A stretch of 64,000 nt of DNA from Okamejei kenojei (taxonomy: Eukaryota), in contig CM069162.1 in NCBI GenBank assembly GCA_035221665.1, forward strand, positions 26,784,001 to 26,848,000. Direction: 5' to 3'. Positions 50,901 to 62,900 of the stretch are shown here, piece after piece. Within the stretch, counting starts at the first letter, position 1, and every line of letters begins with the position of its first letter. Both the position numbers and the translations under genes were made by a program. The notes beneath the pieces were generated by a model that saw only the letters and a program-made list of their open reading frames with translations, was not told the DNA's origin and ran no database searches.

Positions 50901-53900
50901 ACTAAAGGAAACAAATCAACTCAAACTACAGAAGGAGAGGACAAAGTGTCCTCTCATATCAGAACATGGGTAAAAATATTTTGTGCTATGAGTCATGCAA
51001 TATTTAATCCCCCAGCCCCCCAGTTTTCCAGGTCCAGTAAAAAATAGTGTGCCATCAGACCAATGAAGTATCCTATTTATCAGGATTTTTTTTATATAAA
51101 TTATGTTGTAAATTAAAATGCTCCTCAGTATTAACATTATTTGCTCTTCAGCTTGCACATGAAATGAGTAACACTCAGGAGGAGTAAATGACCCACCAGA
51201 AACAAAGTAAAACCCAACCAGTCATCACTTCGCCAAATCACATGCAACCCTTCTGTTATTTGCAGAGAGCTCCATGAAAAATTAAGTCAACACCTCAGCA
51301 AGTATATAATAAATGCATTGTGGAGACAGAAGTTGAAACCGATCCAAAAGCACAGGAGTTTATTTGACACGAGTTACTGAGTTATGGGTTAATTCCTAAA
51401 CACATGCAATTTTACCACCTGAACTATTTAATAATTTACTTTGGCAGAGGTCTGGACTCCATTAGTGCCAAATTAAGCAGATTACAAGACAACTGATTGA
51501 CACAGTGCTGTTTGTACATAAAGCTGTATCACTAAAAATCAGTAGCAGTTCTGGGGTTTACACACACAAGAACAGAATATTTAATTGATAATTCCATCCA
51601 AAATATTGTTATCCATGTGTCTTCATCCTGATTAACCCTCTGCGTATAATCTGTAGCGTTTCATTTTCTTTAGCTTCCGGTAATCATAATGAGACTTGGC
51701 ATATTTCAGCTCTGCTTGTATCTGATAAAGAAACAAATGTTCTTTACCTCCGGACACACAAAAGAGCACACCCAGTGCTTTGCAGACCAGGGTCCGCAGC
51801 CTGACAATCCCAGGAATCTTCACCCCATTTAGATAGCATTTGATTTCAGGAATTCCAGATCCAGCTGCAATGGGCTGTGAAGCAAACAGATATCTTTCAA
51901 AATAACATCCTTCCCAGGGCAGATAATAAAGTCAAAGTTCAGAATATCCTTTTGTAAACTGTACAAAACTACCTTTAATCTTTTCTGAAGGAAAACTGAG
52001 ATATGTAACCCCCGTGAGCATTCAGCAACAGAAAATAAACAATATACAAGTATCCACTGGACATGAAGCATCAAGTGCATTGCTACCTCATATAGTTTAA
52101 GTTTCCTATTTGATGCAAAGCATTTAGCAAGTCACCGTGTGTTGGGAACATGTTTGCAATTTTTTTACCTCAATCAGCACCAGCAGGCTGGCCAAGAAGA
52201 CGAAACCAATGTTGAATGCCAGAATTTCAAGGAGGGAGAGCACAAGACAGCCTCCCTCGCTGCAATCTTCCACCGCTGAAGAGCAAGAAGTCAAGGAAAA
52301 TGCATAGCCATCAGCAATCAAAACACCTTCAAGATCACAGTTTCTTTCTACAATTGGATTCACTGAATCAATGAAGCACACTAACAAAAGCAGAGCAGGG
52401 AAGCTTATCGTCACACGGCGATACAATCAGACAACAGTACCTGGAAATTTTGAGAAGCACAGCTTTTAAAGAATGCAGCAAGGCTGTCTTCCAGAGGGCA
52501 ATTTATAGCATGTGGAAGGTATGTGGAAGGTTTAAAAATCACCATCAGTCACATTTTTAAAATTCATTCATTCTTAGGATGCAGATGTTGTTTGCCGGTT
52601 CAGTATGATGTGCAGTGTTTATCCTCCAGTCATGACATTACCATAAGTTAAATAGACAATAGACAATCGGTGCAGGAATAGGCCATTTGGCCCTCCGAGC
52701 CAGCACCACCATTCAATGTGATCATGGCTGGTCATCCCCATAAAGGATACATCGCCCAATAATTTGGAACTTGAGACTTTGGAAGAGATGAACAAAGTAA
52801 TCGATAAAGAGCCCAACCTAAAACAATGAGACAGAAACAGTCTTTCAAAATAACTTAATGAAATATGACAACGAAGTGATGACTGACAGTTTATTAACTG
52901 TCAAATACATTTTTGTGGTTTTCCCGGTTAACTTTTCTATTAAATCAGTATCGATTAGTTGGTAGCACTCCTGTCACGATCTTGGTTTCAAGCATCATTA
53001 CAGCATGTGAACACGTAATCTAGTCCAAATGGCATTGCACAAGGGGATCTGCACATTTTGAGCACCATCTTTCAGATGAGGCAGAAATTCGGCAAGTGAG
53101 GATCCCAAGCAATCCACTCAATGGACCAGAGAACATTTTTCTCACTACCTTCAGCTTCAAATAGTAATCGTCATTCAGCTCACAACCCTGAATTGGATCT
53201 TGTTCTGTGTCATCACATACACCTGAACTCAAAGTAACTCAGTTTATGAAGTACTCACTTTAAGATTTGAAGGACAAAGTTTAGGCTAACTTCCAGATAG
53301 CCATTTATATTCCAGAGGACAAGGACAAAAAGGGACAATTTTTTTTTACAGACAAAGGTGGGCACCTGGAACACGATGCCAGGAGTGGTGGTGGGAGGCA
53401 GAAACAACAATGGTGTTTAAGAGGCTTTTAGATAGGCACATGGATATGCAGGGAACGGAGGGTGTGGATCACAAGTAGGCAGATGAGATCAGTGTATCTT
53501 TACAACATGTTCAGCACAGAAATTGTGGGCTGAAGGCCCTGCTCCTGTACCATTCTTGTTGTATGTAGAATAAGCCACTATATAAAAATCCACATTCTTT
53601 GGGCAATATGACTTTCGAAATGGATGGCATAGTTAGACCACACATGGAATGGGATGGGGTAATATACTGACATGGATTGAGAATTGGTTATTGGATAAAA
53701 AGCAACTTTTAGGAATAAATAAACAGACCCTTCGGGTTGGCAGGCTGCTAATGGGGTAATACAAGCATCAGTGCTCAAATCTCAGCTATTAATAATCTAC
53801 ACAATGAGTTTTGCAAAAGGGACAAATGCTTCTCGACTGCCAAACTAAATGGTTTGCTGACTATGCCAAGCTAGTTTGGTTTCTAAGTGCAGAGGAAACC

Positions 53901-56900
53901 CTAAAGAGGCTTCAAGAGGATTTAGGAAAACTGAATGAGCAAGAGCAAGAGCAAAAGCAAAGTGTTTTGGAAGTGTGAAAGACTAGAATCTGGAAGCCAC
54001 TGAAAGCCAACATGCAGGTCCAATGAGTGATTAAGAAGGCAAATAGTCCATTTGCCTTTGTTATGAATATACGGCAATTGAAAAAGGGAGCGGGGGGGGG
54101 GGGGGGGGGGGGGTGGTAGTCAGTGGATGTGTTACATTTGGATTTCGGAAAGGGTTTCAATCAGGTTCGAGATAGGAGGATGATCAACAGGGTTACATAC
54201 AGAACGCTGAATTGAGGACAAAATATTGACCTAGCAAACCCATCTAGTCAGCAAACATGGAGTAATGATAATTGGATCCCTCACCAAAAGTTGATGATGT
54301 ACATTGTGAATAGCTGGGCCCAAAGTACCAATTCCCCTTGTAGTTCACGAGTATTGGCATGCCAACCTGGAGCATCTTTTTATTCCCACACTTCTGGAAC
54401 AGAACAAGTTTAGGTCTTGTTGACAAAAAATTTACAGGTTTAGACCGATTGGATGTAGTAAGAAACTTTTCTCTGCTTCTGAAGTTCAGAAGCAAAGGTC
54501 AAAATATGCAATTAAGGAATAGACTGTTTAGGATGAAGTTAAGGAGAGGTTTCTTCATTCAGAGGGTGGTGAACATATGAAATTTGCTACACCCAAGACT
54601 GAGGAGATACAGGTTCATTCAAAACTGAGATCAAAAGATTTCTGGATATTGGAGGAAACCTAGGTATCTGGCAATAGTCCAGTAATAATTGTCCCAAGGT
54701 AGAAGACCAGCCATGATTTTGTTCCTGCCCCAACATTTATCCTGTAGATATGTTATATTTTTCAAAAAATAAATTTGGTGATCATGGAGGAGCTGAAGGG
54801 GTTAGTCATAGAGGGACTTCTCGCTTGGAAGTACAATAATGTCCCCCCTATTGCCATTATCACAGGGGAAAACAGATACCAAGTTGAAGTAGATGCTTTT
54901 GTGCTAGACAAATATAGGAGCAAAATTTAAAAAACACAGACAAAAATAAACAATTCTGAACAATTAACCAATAATCTGTAGAATCAATAAACAAAACCTA
55001 AAATGGGAAGGTATAATAATTGACAGCTGAATTAAGGCAGGTCAAAGCAGGATAAAGATTTACAATTGCATAACGGTGGAAAGATAAGGCTCATTGTGAT
55101 AATTACCAAGGGTTAGTAGTTTAGCACTTGCACTCTGAATGCACAATATCACAGCTGTCCCAGTTGCTCCTTGATACCAAGGGTCAATCAACTGTCCAGG
55201 AATAATAAGGAGAGCTACCCTATTCATCAGTAATACAGAAATCTCAGGAGCAGACCCTGAATTTGTCAGTTTTGCTTATTTTATGTTAAACACAAACCAA
55301 CATATACTATGATCAAGAATTCACTAACCAAACCAGTGCAGACTCCAATACAAAATACCAATATCCATTTCACCGTCTCATATCTCCTGACTCTCTGTTC
55401 AAATGAAACAAAGATAATGCACACAGATCAGATAAACCAAAGAAATAGAAACACACACTCTGATTAAAGCAAACACACTGGAATTAACAGTGGAGATGTG
55501 GTGTAGAATGGTTGAGCTGTGACAAATTTGAAGTATTTGTCTAATTATAGTTTGGAACAAAACCACAAAATGCTAAAAAAAAACCAAGAGTCAGCAAATG
55601 TGAAAGTGAAAGAGCTCTGGTGTGTGTACATTGCAGGTTTCGTATCCTGTTTGCTCACCACAGGTGCTGATTGACATCTTGAGTATTTCAATTTTATTTT
55701 AATTGTTTATTTTCAATTTGGTAATATTTAATTCAATAATATTAAATCAGTTATGTTACAAAGGATTTTTCACAGTAAAAATAGTAGAAATATGCAATTC
55801 CCTTCCCCCAATAAGCGACTGGCCTTCTTTGTATTTGAAGGTGGGCAGTTGAGTGACAGGATGTGGAATTAATTGATAGTATTTCTTAAAATAAGGCATA
55901 AAAGATTTAAGAAACCAAACAAGCAAACGGGTTGTGTTATAGATCAGCAGTGACATAATTAACCTTGATCCACCAAGCGATAATGGGATCCTGTTTCTAG
56001 GTTATAAATATTTATAGCACAGTTGACTGGATGTACCCTGGGAAATTATGTGTCTTGCAATCATGTCGAGCTGCACACTCCAAATTCAACTCAAGATTAT
56101 GAAAAATCGATCCACATTCAGGTTTGTGTGTGAGGAACAGCCTTCCAATTTAAAAAAAATGTTGAAAGGAATTATAAACCCAAAAGTTTCTGTGGATAAA
56201 GTTAAGTATTATTGTGTAATATATCATTTAAAGTTTTTCCTAACATTGATTATAAACTTATATTCAATTACATAAGTTGCTTTTACTCAGAAAAAAAGTG
56301 CAAGTCAATCTTCTGGAGGAGTGATTTTATAATAATGTAACATTCACAACCTCAGGTTTCCCTTGAGTGTTTCACAGTGTGGTGCAAGGAAAAATACAGA
56401 TAATATTCTCATAGAAAGATTTTGCATGATAATCATTCTTAGAGGTATGTTGACGAGTGAATGTCAAACTAGACCGGACAGCTTTCCTAATCTTTTTAAG
56501 ATATTGAGATAGGATCAGCTGTTCATATCTGGTGCAATGGGCATGGACTTAACATCTCATTCAAGTAATTCTACCTCCAACATTCTTTTAATATTAGAGT
56601 ATCAGCTTAGTTTCTGTACTCAAGTTTCTGAGGGTCGGGCTGGGATGTTTCAATCCAATTCAGAAAATCACGAGTGCTCAGTTGTCAAAGATCATCTCCA
56701 CAGGAGTGGCTCAACACCCACTTTTGACATTCATTGCCATTACCATCGACATCCCGTGGGAGACAACAAGCTGTTTTTTTTGTGCGACATACAGGACACT
56801 CAAGATTTTCAAAAGCCAAGAAAAATGTTAAAGACAGGCAAATTAACCTATGTTCACCAGATTTACACACAGATCAGAAATAGTGAATGTGCTCATATAC

Positions 56901-59900
56901 CATTAATGTGCAAAAATACATTGTCTGTTGAAAATCTAGTAACCCTTCAACCTATATTTTGTCACTGTTTTCCCTTTATTAACTCCTATGTCCCCAATTA
57001 GAATAGAAACCTTTACTATTTAGAATGTTAGCCTTTTGAATTTATTTTTTCCAAGATCTTTACCTGCTTCTGAGAAAGTAATGGTGACAAGAAAAAAGGT
57101 ATAACAACTGTTGCTTTACACACCTTGTTATCCAGTGTTTCCAGCACCTCCAAATATGGCTCATTGATGCACTTATCATAATCCAAACTCTGCCAAAAGA
57201 ACATAAAATTATAAGAAACAGTGGCACTGCAAATTAATGCAATCTTGGTTAATCCACAAAGCAAGCTCTATTTCTCCAGCTTGATTCCCCACCCAAAGTT
57301 TTATTCTATTAAGGGCCCAACATTCTAACGATGTGACCCCAGATTATATTCAACAACTGAGTTTCCTCACCTCTTCGGAATTGCAAACAAAATGTATCTC
57401 CTAAACTGCTCATGCCGATATCATGCTCCATTATGTTTAAGAAGGAACTGCAGATGCTGGAAAATCGAAGGTAGACAAAAATGCTGGAGAAACTCAGCAA
57501 GTGAGGCAGCATCTATGGAGCGAAGGAAATAGGCGACGTTTCGTGTCTGAAGAAGGGTCTCGACCCGAAACGTCGCCTATTTCCTTCGCTCCATAGATGC
57601 TGCCTCACCCGCTGAGTTTCTCCAGCATTTCTATCTACCTTCATGCTCCATTATACTCTCTTGCAAAAGGAAACTGGTTCTCAGCGTCCATCCGTCAAGT
57701 ATTTGACTTGTTTTTCAATGAGATTACCCACCCTTTTATTCTTCCTCTAATTCTGAACTTTAAACAATTTTCATCCATATTAATATATTTTCACTCTTGT
57801 CTTGAAGAAACCTTTCCTGTGGCACATTATTGAAAACTGTTGGAATATCTAATTGTGGTAATGCCAGTACTTTCCCTGCATTTACCCTTCCACTTACATT
57901 CTTTACATGTATCAATTCCAGTCCATAAATTTATGATGGCTGTCTAATAATTATATTTTGTTTTGAAATACATTTACTTCTATTTTAAAATTTGATTTTC
58001 CTGACAATTTATATCAGATTAATAAATCTGCAGTTCTCCATCTTTTCTTCCTTCTTCGAATAGGCAGAGTTGCATCCGCTTCCTTTAATCTGATGGCATT
58101 GTTCCAGTTTGAGAATTATCAGCATTGAACGTCTCTGCAACTTTTTTTAATTAACTAATTTTGATTCTTTTAAGTTCCTCAGTTTCCCTGGACCCTGGTT
58201 CCCCACTATTCCTCATATGTACTTAGTGTTTTTATTTTTAATAATAGGCAGAACAAAATAGTTATTTCATATTTCAGCTAATAGGGAACAAACTGGGCAT
58301 AAGTGCAATAAAATTACAAATCCAATGCATTGCGTTATCATTAAACTGTCCGCCATTAACTGCAATCATGAAACGTGCAGTGAAGCATACAACAAAAGAA
58401 CAATTAATTAAAAGATGAACTGTGATGTACATGGAATGTAGAAAATTAGCATCAAAGTAACAGTGATATGCATGTAACAGTGATATGCCTAGAAACTAAC
58501 AACTCACTTAAAAGTTATAATTTATTATCCTTAGGGTTCAAGTCATTTACAAATCTGTTGATAGCCTGAACAATTGCTAACTGAGCCCATTGCTTGGTAG
58601 TTATTCTGTACATAAACCACACAAACTCAATTGGATTTCTGCGTGTAATTCACACCAATACATTATTCTGTGCAATAACTAATCAATTCCCATAGTTAAA
58701 TTCCAGTCTGCATCTCACTCTTTGGTATTAAATTAGAGAATTACAAGAAAGCTATTTGAAGGGTATATAGTGCTGTAGAGTCTGGTTAGGTGATAAATCT
58801 GACAGGCCAGGCCAATCACCGCATCCCGGCCACTCACAGGCCGGGCCTACAGCCGAAAATTCCTTGTTTTTACAAGTCTGATAGGATCAGGTCTCAAATT
58901 TTTTTTGAGACTAAGGAGGTTTAATTATAATAGTAACCATCTCTCCAGCTTCTGGATGGATAACACCAATATATACATACAATATATACAAACTGGAAGA
59001 TCAAAAACCTAGTATTCCCTCCAATCCATTTGCTACCCCATCAAAATGGGATGTGGCTATGAATCACGTACCAGCCTGAGAGCAAAAAAAGACCACAGGT
59101 CTGGATTGGATTGAAGCTGTGATTTTATCAGGTTGAGTTATAATGTTATGCTGTAGCAGACTTCTACACTGCTACATGATAAAGATGTACCAATCTATTC
59201 TGACTCCCTATTGCTGCTTTTGAAATCACTGTCATTCTATTGACCACGTGACTGCTGAAGGTAATGTTCAGGGGGATTTTCAGCAATAACAGACCAGTTG
59301 GAGTATGTATCACACGCTTGCACTTTAATCATTATAAAGAACTCTCTTTAAAGAGAGTTTCATGGTTACAATAATATACAATGTATATTAATATACAATA
59401 ATGTATATTATTGTATATACAAGGTGCAACATCTATTCAGGTGAAAACTATTCCTCCGAATGTAGGGAAAAAATAATTTGAGCAAAGGTGGAGTAATTAA
59501 ATTATTTAAATAAACAGATGGCCTACTACAGTTCATAAACCTTACCTAAAGACATCTGTGGCACCAAAGAAATATACAAGCAGTTTCTCTGCTCAACTCC
59601 CAGCTTGTGGAGTGTAGGAAGGAATTGCAGATGCTGGTTTAAATCAAAGAGAGACACAAAAAGCTGAAGTAACTCAGCGGGTCAGACTATTCAGACTCTG
59701 AAGAAGGATCTCGATCCAAAACATCACTTATTCCTTTTATCCAGAGATGCTGTCTGACCCGCTGAGTTACTCCAGCTTTTAGAGTCTATCCCAGCTTGTG
59801 GAGTATGGTTGAGGAAATTAAAAAGTAACGAGAAAATGAGGGATGGAGGGCACACATTGCACCATTGCCTGTTTCACTCCTTCCCTGGAGTATTATATGT

Positions 59901-62900
59901 AGCAGGTGTGCAGTGGACAGGAACAAGTGAAAATTGAATGCACCTTTACACCAGGGTATTGTATACCTCATAATCTTTGCGTGGCAAAATTTCATCCTCT
60001 TCCTCGTGTGTCTCTCCCAGAATAGTCTGTCACGAAAATAGAATATTGCATTAATTCCAGCTCATTTAGATAACACAATCAAAAGTCCAAAAATTGACAA
60101 AACCCTTGTCAACCTCGACACAAACAGTTGCAGAGAAACAAGGTTTCACAAAGAATGAATAGCCAACGCAACAATCTATTACACTAGGTCCATACAAGAC
60201 ATCACTCTATGCTGCAGTTGAATTAAATTTGCATGGTGGAAGCTTTTGGGAAGGGTACCAAGGAGCACATAGAACTGAAAATTTGAGTGGAGGTGGAGAT
60301 TTGCCATGATCTAAACGAATAAACGAGGACTAAATGGTTCCATCTTCCTGTTAACATGTAATGTTAACTTTTATCATTATTTATTCCATTTTTATTGACA
60401 ATAAACTAAACTCAGAATGATTACAGCTTCATAGTAGCCAAACCTCAACTGGTCAAGAATCTCACGAGAGTGTGCACTTAGGGAGGGGTAAAGGACAACA
60501 ATCACTAACTCCTCAACCCTATTGGCTTACCAGATGCTGTCCACCGTCATCCATGCACTGGGGACTAAAACCCTACGATACTGCTCATTACCTCAACCCT
60601 TGGAAACTGTTGTAATGATTTACAATTTTCCTGCAATAAATCCATCCCACCAGCAAGTCCAAAAATAATGGAACGATTCAGGCCCTAGAGACAATGTTGA
60701 ATATCATAATTACACATTCTCAGAGTTTCATCGTTGTTACAGTGAAATCATTGGGCAAAGCGAAGCAAGGACTAAAGACAAAGCGGGGTGCATACAACCC
60801 TTTAAGTGTGAACTACTTCTAAATGTATTTCTTATTGCAGCAGAGCTTCAACATTAACTCCACTTAAGCGAGTATATTTAAGGTTTTGGTAAAGGATTCA
60901 TTTCATTTACCTCAGGTTGATCTGGATCTGGAACAAAATCTTTGAAAGGCATAAAATTTGGAATGAAAAGTTTTTGAACCGTAACCGGAGACTAAATACC
61001 GAAAGATGTAAAGTGGGATTTGCCTACGCAACCGATTATTAATTGATATAGACACACAAGGCCAAAAGCCTTCTTGCTATCCTGTAAATTTTATGATTCT
61101 GACATTACGGACTGATCTTCATATTCTTCCAATATCCAAAAATCTATTGACCTGGTTTAAACACATCATATGAACAACCAGAGTCCTCCACAAAAGAATT
61201 CCAAACATCAAGTCTTCTCGACCATTCAATCATGGCTAATCTATCTTCCCTCTCAACCCCATTCTCCTGCCTTCTCCCCATAACCCCTTGCACCCGTACT
61301 AATCAAGAATCTATCAATCTCTGCCTTAAAGACTTGGCCTCAGCACCCTCCAGTGGCAATGAATTCCACAGATTCACCACTCTGAAAAAATAAATTCCTC
61401 CTCATCTACTTTCTAAAGGCACTCTGAGACTATGGACACTGGTCCTAGACGCTCCCACTAGTGGAAACATCCTTTCCACATCCACTCTATCCAGACCTTT
61501 CAATATTCAGTAAGATTCAATGAGGTCCTCCCTCATCCTTCTAAACTCCAACGAGTACAGGCCCAGTGCCGTTAAACGCTCATCGTATGTTAACCCAATC
61601 AGTTCTAGGATCACTCTCGTAAGCCTCCTCTGGACCCTCTCCAATGCCAGCACATCCTTCCTCAGATATGGAGCCCCGAAGACTTGAAGGGATAGCGGCA
61701 TCACACTGCCAAGTGAGACCAGATTTGTGACAATACTTGGTCAACATGGATGAGTTGGGCCAAAGGGTCTGTTTCTGTGGACACAAGCAACTACAGATGC
61801 TGGATTCTTGAATCAAACACAAAGTGTTTGAGTAACTCAGTGGTCAAGCAGCATCTTGGGTGAAGATTGATAGGCAGCTTACAACCCTGCATTATGAATA
61901 TTGATTTATCTAACTTCGAGTAACCCTTGCTTTCCCTCTCTCTCAGTCCCTCCCCCACCCTAGTTCTCTGACTAATTCTACTGTCCTGATTAAATATTAC
62001 TGATTGTATACCTCGTTGTCACCTTCCCCTCAGCTAACAATGAACTATTCTACATTTCCTTCTCATCATCTGCTTTGATCTGTCATTTTCAAACCTTACT
62101 GTTCCATATCCCTGGACTTCCTCTCCCCTGACTCTCAGTCTGAAGAAGGATCTTGACCCAAAATATTACCCATTCCTTCTGAGATGCTGCCTGTCCCACT
62201 GAATATTCTTGTTTTTTGTGTCTATCTTTATGGGTACGCGACAGTTAGGGTTGGGTCCCTTTTTCATACTGTGTCTGTGCTGTATAGCTCTATGAATCAT
62301 GACACATTCAGTCCACAGAAATCTAATTATTCAAGTTATATTTTACACTAAGTTATTCAATCTTTATATGGCAAAACCTTTACAATAAGAAAAGGATACA
62401 ATTTGATTATCCTTGCCTGTAATACAAACTTTGTGAGTAGCATACAAAGTCCCCAAATTCCTTTCAACACCAGCATCCACTCGCCTTTCAATAGATGTTC
62501 TCCTTTTCTGTTCCCGCTACCCATTGTGAACAATTTCATACTTCCATACACCATCTGCCCCCTCTTTTGCCCAGTCATTCTCCATCAATTTGACGTCCAC
62601 AATAATCTACTAGCCACAACCTGTGACACCGAAAGGGCCCACTTATTCATTTTAGGACTTTGCAATGATACAGCCCACGGTAGACGGAAGGGCGAGGGGG
62701 GGAGGGGACACCCGGTGTGGATGAGGGGAAGACGAGACGCCTGGGAGTTACAGAGCCCGGGGGCGGAGCAGGTGTCGCCCCGGGAGTTTCTGCTTATCTC
62801 CAGTGCGGGGATTGCTTTGTGTGAGCCACGCACACACACATATATCTATATACACAGCAGTGACAGCCGGCTGCCACTCACCAGCTCCTCTGGACTGCGG

